Below are positions 16,027 to 25,817 of a DNA stretch of 33,164 nucleotides, one piece after another (within the stretch, counting starts at the first letter, position 1; each line of letters starts with the position of its first letter). The notes beneath the pieces were generated by a model that saw nothing but the letters and a program-made list of their open reading frames with translations, did no database searches and was not told the origin of the DNA. A program made the translations under genes and the position numbers. This DNA comes from Candidatus Pelagibacterales bacterium (lineage in GTDB: Bacteria; Pseudomonadota; Alphaproteobacteria; Pelagibacterales; Pelagibacteraceae), in NCBI GenBank assembly GCA_016882185.1, contig VHCC01000001.1:1-33164 (forward strand), read 5' to 3'.

Positions 16027-17004
16027 ATGATACCTGGTTTTGGTTTTAGAAAAAAATTTTCAGATCTTAGTGAAAAAGAAATACTAGCTTTAGCAATATC
16101 ATCCGAGGAAGATGATGCTGCTATTTATAGAAATTATGCCGATTATTTAAAAAACGATTATCCAGACACGTCCAAAATATTCCATGATATGGCAAGAGTT
16201 GAGGACTCTCATAGAAAATTATTACTTGATACCTTTAAAAAAAGATTTGGAGATAATATTCCCTTAATAAGAAGAGACCATGTATCTGGTTTTTATAATC
16301 GAAAACCTGTTTGGTTAATGAAAAATCTAAGCATTGATAGAATTAGACTTGAGTCTGAAATGATGGAACGTGATGCATATAATTTTTATATGAAAGCTGC
16401 TCAAATGAGCACTGATGTAACAACGAGAAAATTGCTTGGTGATTTAGCAGCTGCTGAGGCTGGACACACAGTTGCTGCTGACAATCTAATTGAAAAGCAT
16501 GTGGCCGGAGATACGAAAGAAATAGAGGCTAGAACTGCAAAAAGACAATTTATTTTAACTTGGGTACAACCTGGTTTAGCTGGATTAATGGATGGCTCCG
16601 TTTCTACACTTGCTCCAATTTTTGCAACAGCCTTTGCAACACAAGATACATGGACAACTTTTGTTGTGGGTCTAGCAGCATCCGTTGGTGCTGGAATATC
16701 CATGGGGCTTACAGAGGCAGTATCTGATGATGGAGTAATTTCAGGAAGAGGTTCGCCTGTAAAACGCGGGCTTGCATGTGGAATAATGACTGCTGTTGGT
16801 GGATTAGGTCACGCACTTCCCTATTTGATACCGCATTTTTGGACCGCAACTATCCTTGCAATGATTATAGTATTTTTTGAATTATGGGCAATTGTTTGGG
16901 TTCAAAATAAATACATGGAAGCGCCTTTTCTTAGAGCAACTTTACAAGTCGTTGTGGGCGGTGGATTAGTTTTAGCTGCCGGAATTTTAATTGGTACAGG
17001 TTAA
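16027..17004 (+). CDS. mbfA: Iron exporter MbfA (erythrin domain plus VIT1/CCC1 domain)
   Basis: N-terminal EILALAISSEEDD...EDSH and EAGH di-iron motifs; C-terminal QPGLAGLMDGSVSTLAP...GAGISMG. Confidence 0.92.
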   Translation: MIPGFGFRKKFSDLSEKEILALAISSEEDDAAIYRNYADYLKNDYPDTSKIFHDMARVEDSHRKLLLDTFKKRFGDNIPLIRRDHVSGFYNRKPVWLMKNLSIDRIRLESEMMERDAYNFYMKAAQMSTDVTTRKLLGDLAAAEAGHTVAADNLIEKHVAGDTKEIEARTAKRQFILTWVQPGLAGLMDGSVSTLAPIFATAFATQDTWTTFVVGLAASVGAGISMGLTEAVSDDGVISGRGSPVKRGLACGIMTAVGGLGHALPYLIPHFWTATILAMIIVFFELWAIVWVQNKYMEAPFLRATLQVVVGGGLVLAAGILIGTG

Positions 17005-17005
17005 T

Positions 17006-18268
17006 TTAAGATCTATAGTCTGCGTTAATTGAAATATATTCTGCATTAAAATCGCAGGTATAAGCAGTAAATTTTCCTTTACCTAAATTTAAATTCACAT
17101 CAAAAACAATATCTTCACCAAGCATATAATTTTTAACTTTATGCTCATCATAACTAGGTACCTGCATTCCATATTTTGTGATCAAAAAATCACCAATTTT
17201 AATTTCTATTTTATCTTGTTTAACTTTCTCATTGGTCTTTCCAATGGCCATAAGTATTCTTCCCCAATTAGGATCGCTACCGGCAAGAGCAGTTTTTACA
17301 AGGGGAGAATTAGCAATGGACATTGCAACTTCTTTTGCAAATTTATTATTAGAAGCTCCTGTAACTTTTATTGTAAGAAATTTTTTAGCTCCTTCACCAT
17401 CTAAAACAACTTGCTTTGAAAGATCGAGCATTACTTCATAGAGAGCTTTTTCAAAATCTTTTGCTACTTTAGAGTTAATATCATTAATAATTCTATTCTT
17501 GGCTTTTCTAGTTGAAAAAACTAACACCATATCATTGGTTGAAGTATCGCCATCAACAGTGATTGCATTAAACGTGTTTTCAGTATTTTTTTTCAACATT
17601 TTATTAAGAACCTCTTGAGAAATATTTGCATCGGTGAAAATAAAACCGAACATAGTTGCCATATTAGGCGCTATCATTCCTGAACCTTTTGCAATACCTG
17701 CTACATTTATAAAATCTTTGTTAGTTTGAACAACTGCACAGCTCATTTTTCCAAATGTGTCGGTAGTCATAATAGATAGGGCCTGCTTAATCCAAGTTAA
17801 TTTTATAGGTCTTTTTAATTTTTCAATTAAATTAGGTAGAGCTCCTTTAACTTTTGCAAGAGGAAATGGTTGACCAATGACTCCTGTGGAAGCAAATAAA
17901 ATTTGTTTATTTGAAATTTTTTTTTTATCTGAAAAAAATTTAGCTAACTCAATAATACTATTTAAGCCTTGTTTGCCTGTGTATGCGTTTGCATTTCTAG
18001 TGTTTACTAATAAAACTCTAATATCTTTTTTGTTTGCTTTAATATTCCAATCAATACAAACAGATCTTGTTGAGGATTGTGTATAAACTGCTGAAAATAT
18101 CGCACCATCCGGAAAATAAAATAAACTTACATCATCTCTATTGGTATTATACAAACCTGCGCTTGCCGTTGAAATCTCTAGGCCATCAATGCTTGGCATT
18201 TCAGGAAAATCTTTGGTAACTCTATTCAATTGTTTTTTCTTAAAAAAGTTTTGAAATAACGTAGTCAT
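17006..18268 (-). CDS. argJ: Ornithine acetyltransferase / N-acetylglutamate synthase ArgJ
   Basis: Motifs NANAYTG, ASTGVIG, KGSGMIAPNMATM (autocleavage Thr), VDGDTSTND, DGEGA and DPNWGRI. Confidence 0.95.
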   Translation of the reverse strand: MTTLFQNFFKKKQLNRVTKDFPEMPSIDGLEISTASAGLYNTNRDDVSLFYFPDGAIFSAVYTQSSTRSVCIDWNIKANKKDIRVLLVNTRNANAYTGKQGLNSIIELAKFFSDKKKISNKQILFASTGVIGQPFPLAKVKGALPNLIEKLKRPIKLTWIKQALSIMTTDTFGKMSCAVVQTNKDFINVAGIAKGSGMIAPNMATMFGFIFTDANISQEVLNKMLKKNTENTFNAITVDGDTSTNDMVLVFSTRKAKNRIINDINSKVAKDFEKALYEVMLDLSKQVVLDGEGAKKFLTIKVTGASNNKFAKEVAMSIANSPLVKTALAGSDPNWGRILMAIGKTNEKVKQDKIEIKIGDFLITKYGMQVPSYDEHKVKNYMLGEDIVFDVNLNLGKGKFTAYTCDFNAEYISINADYRS

Positions 18269-18350
18269 GTGTATTTTATTTAGTGTTTTTTCAGTTATAA
18301 GGTAGTTGCTAAATTTATACTATTTAATTTATCTGTAATAATATCTCAAA

Positions 18351-20936
18351 ATGATACCGGGTTTAAACATTTTAAAAAAAATATTTAAAACATCCAATGA
18401 GCGTAAGCTTGCTGAAATACAGCCGTTAGTTCAAAAAATTAATTTATTAGAACCAGAAATTCAAAAACTTTCAGATCAAGAATTAAAAAATAAAACACAA
18501 GAATTTAAAAATCGAATTAAAAATGGTGAAAATTTGAATAAAATTTTACCAGAAGCATTCGCTTGTACACGCGAAGCAAGTATTAGAACCACAGGACAAA
18601 GACATTTTGATGTACAATTAATGGGGGGAATTATTCTTCATCAAGGTGGTATTTCAGAAATGAAAACCGGTGAAGGAAAAACACTTGTTGCAACTTTACC
18701 AGCCTATTTAAATAGCCTAACCGAAAAAGGCGTACATATCGTAACAGTGAACGATTATCTTGCAAAACGTGATTCCGAATGGATGTCTAAAATTTACAAT
18801 TTTTTAGGTGTAAGTGTTGGATGTATTGTAAGTGGTATCGATGATGTTAGCCGAAAAGCTCAATATGAATGTGACATCACCTATGGAACAAATAATGAAT
18901 TTGGATTTGATTATTTAAGAGATAATATGAAGTATTCCATCGCCGAGATGGTACAGCGAAAACATTACTTCTGTATTGTCGATGAAGTAGACAGCATCTT
19001 AATTGATGAAGCCAGAACTCCTTTGATAATTTCTGGGCCAACAGAAGATAATTCTTCTCAATATTTTTTATGCAACAAATTAGTTAATCAGCTAAGCAAA
19101 GAACATTATGATACTGATGAAAAAGATCGTAGTGCCCTACTAACTGAAAAGGGAATTGATTTTATTGAAGATAAGTTAAGAAAAATAAATTTATTAAAAG
19201 GCTCCAATTTTTATGATCCACAAAACTTATCCATCGTTCATCATATAAATCAATCTTTAAGAGCAAATATGCTATTTAGTAAAGATAAGGACTATATCGT
19301 TAAAGATAATCAAATTTATATTATCGATGAATTTACCGGTCGTATTATGGAAGGCAGAAGATATTCTGACGGCTTACATCAAGCGATTGAAGCGAAAGAA
19401 GGGGTTCAAATTCAAAATGAAAATCAAACTTTAGCTTCGATTACTTTTCAAAATTATTTTAGATTATACGAAAAACTTTCTGGTATGACCGGAACAGCTA
19501 TGACTGAAGCTGAAGAATTTTATGAAATTTATAAATTAGATGTAGTTGAAGTGCCTACCAATAGACCAATGGTTAGAAAAGATTTTAATGATAAAATTTT
19601 TAGAACTGAAAAAGAAAAATTTAATGCGATTATAAAAGAAATTATTTCTGCAAATGAAAAAAAGCAACCAGTTTTGATTGGAACCACTAGTATTGAAAAG
19701 TCTGAAAGAATTTCTAAAATTTTAAAACAAGAGTCAATAAAACATAATGTTTTAAATGCAAAATTTCATGAACAAGAGGCTAACATAATTGCACAAGCGG
19801 GCCGAATTGGTGCGGTCACTATTGCGACTAATATGGCTGGTCGTGGAACAGATATTCAGCTTGGTGGAAATTTAGATCTTAAGATTAAAGAAGGTGGAAC
19901 AAATGACAAAGTTTTAATTGATAGAACTAAAAAAGATCATGAAGATGAAAAAGCCAAAGTGTTAGCTAGTGGTGGATTATTTGTTATTGGAACAGAACGA
20001 CATGAAAGCAGAAGAATAGATAATCAATTAAGGGGACGAACTGGAAGACAAGGTGATGTGGGTAGCTCGATTTTTTATTTAAGCTTGCAAGATGATCTGA
20101 TGAGAATTTTTGGATCTGAAAAGATTGATTTTATGCTACAAAAATTAGGACTTAAAGAAGGAGAATCCATAGACCATCCATGGATTAATAAAGCTCTGGA
20201 AAAAGCTCAACAAAAAGTTGAGGGAAGAAATTTCGATATTAGAAAAACCTTATTACAATTTGACGATGTAATGAATGATCAAAGAAAAGTAATTTTTGAA
20301 CAAAGGTTAGGTGTAATAAAAAATCAAAAAATTTATGATGTAGTAAATGATATTTTTGATGAAATTGTAGAAAATTTAATTGATGAAATAAATAATTATC
20401 GAGATAACGGAGATGTTAATACTAAAAAATTAGTAAAAACCAAAACAGAGCGTTTATGTGGAACTAAAATTAATGACGGTGAATTTGATGCATGGCTTTC
20501 AAAAAGCACTCCAGAAAAAAAAGAATTTTTCAAAAAGCACTTTGACCAAAGAAGAAATGCAAGAATTTCAACTGCAGGAGATGAAATTAATAAAGATGTT
20601 GAAAAAAGAATTTTTTTGCAAAACCTTGATTACGAGTGGAGAAGTCACTTGCAATATCTTGAACAGTTAAGACAGGTTATAGGTCTTAGAGGTTATGGTC
20701 AGAAAAACCCACTGGACGAATATAAAAGAGAAAGCTTTAATTTATTTAAAGAACTACTTGCTAAGATTAAGGAAAATTTAATTATTTTTTTAATTAATAT
20801 TCAAGTAACAAAAGAAGAAAGACCTCCACAGCCACAACAGCCTGTTATAGAGGAAAAAATTTCAAGGAACGCACCTTGTATTTGTGGATCGGGTAAAAAA
20901 TATAAAAATTGTTGTGGTACGTTAAGCAAAAATTAA
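18351..20936 (+). CDS. secA: Protein translocase subunit SecA
   Basis: Motifs MKTGEGKT, DEVDSILIDEARTPLIISG, TNMAGRGTDI, and the C-terminal SEC-C motif RNAPCICGSGKKYKNCCG. Confidence 0.98.
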   Translation: MIPGLNILKKIFKTSNERKLAEIQPLVQKINLLEPEIQKLSDQELKNKTQEFKNRIKNGENLNKILPEAFACTREASIRTTGQRHFDVQLMGGIILHQGGISEMKTGEGKTLVATLPAYLNSLTEKGVHIVTVNDYLAKRDSEWMSKIYNFLGVSVGCIVSGIDDVSRKAQYECDITYGTNNEFGFDYLRDNMKYSIAEMVQRKHYFCIVDEVDSILIDEARTPLIISGPTEDNSSQYFLCNKLVNQLSKEHYDTDEKDRSALLTEKGIDFIEDKLRKINLLKGSNFYDPQNLSIVHHINQSLRANMLFSKDKDYIVKDNQIYIIDEFTGRIMEGRRYSDGLHQAIEAKEGVQIQNENQTLASITFQNYFRLYEKLSGMTGTAMTEAEEFYEIYKLDVVEVPTNRPMVRKDFNDKIFRTEKEKFNAIIKEIISANEKKQPVLIGTTSIEKSERISKILKQESIKHNVLNAKFHEQEANIIAQAGRIGAVTIATNMAGRGTDIQLGGNLDLKIKEGGTNDKVLIDRTKKDHEDEKAKVLASGGLFVIGTERHESRRIDNQLRGRTGRQGDVGSSIFYLSLQDDLMRIFGSEKIDFMLQKLGLKEGESIDHPWINKALEKAQQKVEGRNFDIRKTLLQFDDVMNDQRKVIFEQRLGVIKNQKIYDVVNDIFDEIVENLIDEINNYRDNGDVNTKKLVKTKTERLCGTKINDGEFDAWLSKSTPEKKEFFKKHFDQRRNARISTAGDEINKDVEKRIFLQNLDYEWRSHLQYLEQLRQVIGLRGYGQKNPLDEYKRESFNLFKELLAKIKENLIIFLINIQVTKEERPPQPQQPVIEEKISRNAPCICGSGKKYKNCCGTLSKN

Positions 20937-22028
20937 TACCAAAATAAATAAAATTATAATTACAACAACTGTTGCAACTAATTTACGATTATTTTGAAGT
21001 AATAATTTCCAATTGAATGGATTGAAAGTAACTGTGCTAATATGTGTATCTTTATAAAATTCTTCTTTCGTAATCATCACGTCTCGCCCAATACTTAAAA
21101 ATCTATTTTTTCTCTGATAAATGAGCTCTTCTGGAGAAATTTTTATTAGTTCATTTAAATTTTTTTTAATACTTAAAGTGACATTTGAAACTATTTCATC
21201 ATGATTTCGATGGGCTCCACCTTTAGGCTCTTTAATAATTTCATCAATAATTTTATTTTCAAGTAAATCTTGTGAAGAAATTTTCATTGCCTCCGCTGCT
21301 TCTTTAGCTTTTTTTGGATCACGCCAAAGAATTGATGCACACCCTTCTGGCGATATTACTGAATAAACTGAATATTCTAACATTAAAACTTTATTAGCAG
21401 TTGCAAGGGCTATAGCACCGCCTGAACCTCCTTCTCCTATAACAACTGAAATCAATGGAACTTTCACATTAAGACAACACTCAATACATTTTGCAATCGC
21501 CTCTGCCTGACCTCGTTCTTCTGCGCCTTTGCCAGGATAAGCGCCAGGAGTGTCTATAAAAGTTATTATTGGAATATTTAATCTGTCTGCAAGGTTCATT
21601 AGACGCATACTTTTGCGATATCCCTCTGGCCTCATCATCCCAAAATTTCTTTGAATTCTAGATTGAGTATCATTACCTTTTTCCTGCCCAATAACTAAAA
21701 CTGATACCCCATCAAGAGTTGAAAAACCTGCCAACACGGATTGATCTTCTCCATACAAGCGATCCCCTGATAAATTAATAAAATCTGGAAAAATCTTCTC
21801 AATATAATGAATAGAACGAGGTCTAAATTCATGTCTTGCTACTTTTGTTTTTTGCCATCGGTTTAGATTTGCATACGTTCGGTCCAATGCCTCATTCAAC
21901 CTTCTTTCAGCATCAACAATTGTCGGATTTTCAATTGTAGTAATTCCTTTTGCAAGATAAGGAGCTTTTAATTCCTGAACTCTTTGGTCTAATGCTTTAA
22001 TATCGTCTTCAAAATCTAAATAATTCAT
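20922..22028 (-). CDS. accA: Acetyl-CoA carboxylase carboxyltransferase alpha subunit
   Basis: Motifs YLDFE, NFGMMRPEGYRK, DTPGAYPG, GEGGSGGA and YSVISPEGCASILW, plus an extra hydrophobic C-terminal tail. Confidence 0.96.
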   Translation of the reverse strand: MNYLDFEDDIKALDQRVQELKAPYLAKGITTIENPTIVDAERRLNEALDRTYANLNRWQKTKVARHEFRPRSIHYIEKIFPDFINLSGDRLYGEDQSVLAGFSTLDGVSVLVIGQEKGNDTQSRIQRNFGMMRPEGYRKSMRLMNLADRLNIPIITFIDTPGAYPGKGAEERGQAEAIAKCIECCLNVKVPLISVVIGEGGSGGAIALATANKVLMLEYSVYSVISPEGCASILWRDPKKAKEAAEAMKISSQDLLENKIIDEIIKEPKGGAHRNHDEIVSNVTLSIKKNLNELIKISPEELIYQRKNRFLSIGRDVMITKEEFYKDTHISTVTFNPFNWKLLLQNNRKLVATVVVIIILFILVLIFA

Positions 22029-22091
22029 TTAACAATTTAATTTTTATACATATTGAGTTCGGATAAAGTTTATATATAAATTGTGTCCTAT

Positions 22092-23699
22092 ATGAAATCT
22101 TTTCCAAAAAATACCATTATTACAGGAAAAATTTCTAAAGAATTTGAAGAAATCTTAACTTTGGATTGTTTACAGTTTGTAGCTGATTTACATCGAAAAT
22201 TTAATTTGCGAAGACTTGAGTTGTTAAAACGTAGGCAAGAAATTCAAAAAAAAATTGATAGTGGCTGGCGTCCAAATTTTTTAGATGAAACTAAATCTAT
22301 AAGAGAAAAAGATTGGAAAATTTTAGATGTTCCAAATGATCTACAAGATCGCAGGGTTGAAATTACCGGACCTACTAATCAAAAAATGATTATCAATGCT
22401 CTAAATTCTGGAGCAAGTTGTTTTATGGCGGATCTTGAAGATTCAGCAACTCCAGCTTGGAATAATGTTATTGAGGGTCAAATTAATTTAAAAAATGCAA
22501 TTAATAAAAAAATTAATTTCACAGATAAAACCACTGGCAAAGAATACAAATTAAATGAAAAACATGCTGTTCTTATTGTAAGACCAAGGGGATGGCATTT
22601 GGATGAGGCACATTTTCTAGTTGATAATGAAAAATGTTCAGGAGGAATATTCGATTTTGCTATTTATTTTTATCATAATGCTAAGCAATTAATTAAGAAT
22701 GGGACGGGTCCTTATTTTTATCTCCCAAAAATGGAAAGTCATCTTGAGGCTAGACTTTGGAACGATGTATTTACTGAAGCACAAAAAAAATTAGGTATTA
22801 AACACGGAACCATCAAAGCAACAGTTCTAATTGAGACAATTTTAGCTTCTTTTGAAATGGATGAAATTCTATTTGAATTAAAAGATCATATCGTAGGTTT
22901 AAATTGTGGAAGATGGGATTATATTTTTAGCTACATAAAAAAATTCAAAAATTTTAAAGATTTCTTACTACCGGATCGATCAATTGTTAAAATGACTTCG
23001 CATTTTTTAAGGTCGTATAGTTTATTATTAATTAAAACCTGTCATCGCAGAGGTGCTCACGCAATGGGTGGAATGGCCGCTCAGATACCAATTAAAGATA
23101 ATGAAGCTTTAAATCAAAAAGCAATGGATGCAGTAAAGCAGGATAAATTAAGAGAAGCTAATGATGGCCATGATGGTACTTGGGTTGCTCATCCTGGTTT
23201 AGTAAAAATTGCAAAAGACGTGTTTGATGAAAAAATGCCACAACCAAACCAAGTTAACAAAATCCCAAGTAATATAAAAATTGAGGCTAATGATTTATTG
23301 TTGGCTGAAAAAGGAGATATCACTGAAGAAGGTCTTAGAAAAAATATTTCTGTTGGAATTCAATATTTAGCTGCATGGCTTGGTGGAAATGGTTGTGTAC
23401 CTCTTTATAATTTAATGGAAGATGCTGCTACCGCTGAAATCTCAAGAGCTCAGGTTTGGCAATGGAACAAGCATCAATGCAAAACTATTGATGGTAAAAC
23501 TATTGACCCTATCTATGTAAAAAAAATTGTAAAAGAAGAAATGGTGCAGATTAAAAAAGAAGTTGGAGAGCATAAATTTGACAAAGGCAATTACGAGCGA
23601 GCGGCGAAAATGTTCGAAGAAATGTCAATTGCTAATCAATTTGAGGACTTCTTAACTGTCCCTGCATATAACGAAATTATAAGAACAGAAGCTAGATAA
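22092..23699 (+). CDS. aceB: Malate synthase A
   Basis: About 535 aa (A-type length) with DLQDRRVEITGP, VRPRGWHL, GLNCGRWDYIFS, GHDGTWVAHP and LMEDAATAEISR. An alternative GTG start lies at 22083. Confidence 0.95.
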   Translation: MKSFPKNTIITGKISKEFEEILTLDCLQFVADLHRKFNLRRLELLKRRQEIQKKIDSGWRPNFLDETKSIREKDWKILDVPNDLQDRRVEITGPTNQKMIINALNSGASCFMADLEDSATPAWNNVIEGQINLKNAINKKINFTDKTTGKEYKLNEKHAVLIVRPRGWHLDEAHFLVDNEKCSGGIFDFAIYFYHNAKQLIKNGTGPYFYLPKMESHLEARLWNDVFTEAQKKLGIKHGTIKATVLIETILASFEMDEILFELKDHIVGLNCGRWDYIFSYIKKFKNFKDFLLPDRSIVKMTSHFLRSYSLLLIKTCHRRGAHAMGGMAAQIPIKDNEALNQKAMDAVKQDKLREANDGHDGTWVAHPGLVKIAKDVFDEKMPQPNQVNKIPSNIKIEANDLLLAEKGDITEEGLRKNISVGIQYLAAWLGGNGCVPLYNLMEDAATAEISRAQVWQWNKHQCKTIDGKTIDPIYVKKIVKEEMVQIKKEVGEHKFDKGNYERAAKMFEEMSIANQFEDFLTVPAYNEIIRTEAR

Positions 23700-23703
23700 T
23701 TTT

Positions 23704-23862
23704 TTATTTAACAATACTGATCTTTTCTACTGGAATTTTTTCAATAATTTTTGTTTTTTCCAAAACAATATCTTTTGAACCAAAGTAATAAAGAATACTA
23801 AGAATAGCTATCAAGATAGCCAAAGCTGCTAGGATAATTTGTATTGAAGTTCTAAAAGGCAT
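23704..23862 (-). CDS. Small single-TM membrane protein (52 aa), not in ORF track
   Basis: Manual translation: MPFRTSIQIILAALAILIAILSILYYFGSKDIVLEKTKIIEKIPVEKISIVK*. It fills the gap and is divergent from aroK. Confidence 0.7.
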   Translation of the reverse strand: MPFRTSIQIILAALAILIAILSILYYFGSKDIVLEKTKIIEKIPVEKISIVK

Positions 23863-23921
23863 AAGAAATTAATTATATAATATTTAAATTGAAATTATGT
23901 TAATAAATTATTCATTGATTA

Positions 23922-24446
23922 ATGGCAACGCATAAAAGTTTAGTATTAGTAGGAATGATGGGAACTGGCAAAAGTACTATTGGAAAAGAAGTTGCAAAAA
24001 AATTAAAAATTGAGTTCATAGATACTGATATATTAATAGAAAACGAAACTAATCAAACGATAGCTGAAATTTTTAAAAAGAATGGAGAAAAATATTTTAG
24101 AGATTTAGAAGAAAAAATTTTTTTAAGAATTAAAAATGATAAAGAAAAAATAATTTCTTCAGGCGGAGGAGCATTTATTAATGAGTCTATTAGAAAAAAA
24201 ATCTTAAAAGAATATTTATCTGTTTGGTTAAATATGGATGAAGATTTGATTATTAATCGTATTAAAAGAAATTCTAAAAAGAGACCCATGGTAGATCAAA
24301 ATAATATTGAAAAAAGTGTAAAAAATTTAAAAAAAACCAGAGACCCGATATATAAATTGGCCAACTATGAAATAAATTGTAACTTAAATAGTAAGAATAA
24401 AATCATTGAAAAAATTATAGATTTTTATGAAAAAAATAACAATTAA
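23922..24446 (+). CDS. aroK: Shikimate kinase
   Basis: Motifs LVGMMGTGKSTIG, FIDTD, GEKYFRDLE, SGGG and RP. Confidence 0.93.
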   Translation: MATHKSLVLVGMMGTGKSTIGKEVAKKLKIEFIDTDILIENETNQTIAEIFKKNGEKYFRDLEEKIFLRIKNDKEKIISSGGGAFINESIRKKILKEYLSVWLNMDEDLIINRIKRNSKKRPMVDQNNIEKSVKNLKKTRDPIYKLANYEINCNLNSKNKIIEKIIDFYEKNNN

Positions 24447-25533
24447 AGTAAATTTAAATCATAATAGTTATCCAATTATAATTTCAAAAAATTTATTAAA
24501 TAATGCAGGTTTAGAAATTAAAAAAGTTATTCCAAAGGCAAAGAAATTTTTATTAATTACGGACAAAAATATTCCTAAATCTTATATCCGATCAATTTTG
24601 TCTTCATTGAAGTCTAAAGAAAAATATCTTTTTACTTTGAATGCAGGAGAAAAATCAAAAAATATGAATTTTACTAATAAAATTATTGAAAAATTATTTA
24701 AATATAATTTTAATCGTGATGACTGTTTAATTGCTTTAGGTGGCGGTGTTATTGGAGATTTATCAGGATTTGCAAGTAGCATATTTAAAAGAGGTATTAA
24801 TTTAGTTCAAATACCAACAACTTTATTGGCGCAAGTAGATTCCTCTATTGGCGGAAAAACTGGAATTAATTCTAGTGAAGGCAAAAATATGATTGGAACA
24901 TTCTACCAACCAAAGCTTGTTTTAATTGATCCGCTAACATTAAAAAGTTTACCGCGTAGACATTTAGTTGCAGGCTATGCTGAAATTTTAAAATATGCCT
25001 TAATAATGAATAGAAAGTTTTTTTCTTGGCTAGAAAAAAATTCTCACGACATTGTTAATTTAACTCACATAAATCAGGTAATGTATGCAATTAAAGAAAG
25101 TTGTAAAAGCAAAGCAACCATAGTGCAAAGAGACGAGAAAGAAAAAAACCTTAGAGCAATACTTAATTTTGGTCATACTTTTGCGCATGCTTTTGAGGCA
25201 GTAAAAAAATATTCAAATGACCTTATTCATGGCGAAGCAGTTCTATATGGAATGATGATCGCATCCTCACTGTCTGTAAAAATGAAAATGCTAAATATAA
25301 ATGAACATCAGCGTATTAAAGATTTATATAGAAAATTAAATATTAATTATAAAATTAAGAATATTTTTAATAAAAAAGATATAAGCAAAATTTTTAATTA
25401 TATGAAACATGATAAAAAAATATCAGGATCTAAAATTAACTTAATTTTATTAAAAAAAATTGGAAGGGCTAAAATTTTACCATCCGATTTGAATAAAAAT
25501 GTTAAACCTATTTTAGTAGAGCAATTTAATTAA
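24427..25533 (+). CDS. aroB: 3-dehydroquinate synthase
   Basis: Motifs ALGGGVIGD, PTTLLAQVDSSIGGKTGIN, LNFGHTFAHA and HGEAV. Confidence 0.96.
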   Translation: MKKITIKVNLNHNSYPIIISKNLLNNAGLEIKKVIPKAKKFLLITDKNIPKSYIRSILSSLKSKEKYLFTLNAGEKSKNMNFTNKIIEKLFKYNFNRDDCLIALGGGVIGDLSGFASSIFKRGINLVQIPTTLLAQVDSSIGGKTGINSSEGKNMIGTFYQPKLVLIDPLTLKSLPRRHLVAGYAEILKYALIMNRKFFSWLEKNSHDIVNLTHINQVMYAIKESCKSKATIVQRDEKEKNLRAILNFGHTFAHAFEAVKKYSNDLIHGEAVLYGMMIASSLSVKMKMLNINEHQRIKDLYRKLNINYKIKNIFNKKDISKIFNYMKHDKKISGSKINLILLKKIGRAKILPSDLNKNVKPILVEQFN

Positions 25534-25783
25534 TCTTTATTTCAAGAGAATGAATAATATTTTTCATCTCTTCTTCTAAAATTTCATAAATTTTTTTATG
25601 GGCATCTACTGGCTTCAATTTCTTTAATTCAGCTGAAGAAATAATTAATTCAAAATGACTATTATTGTTTTTTGGAGACTGAGCGTGATGTTGATGCAGA
25701 TGTGATTTATTATTCACTTGTACTTTTTCACATATGATATTTTGTTTAATTTTATCTAAGATAATATATTTTAGATCAGACAT
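25526..25783 (-). CDS. bolA: BolA family protein
   Basis: Motifs SHLHQHH, SHFELII, HKKIYEIL and IHSLEI. Confidence 0.88.
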   Translation of the reverse strand: MSDLKYIILDKIKQNIICEKVQVNNKSHLHQHHAQSPKNNNSHFELIISSAELKKLKPVDAHKKIYEILEEEMKNIIHSLEIKIN

Positions 25784-25817
25784 AAAATAATTTTAGTCAA
25801 TTTAAAAAATTACGCAA

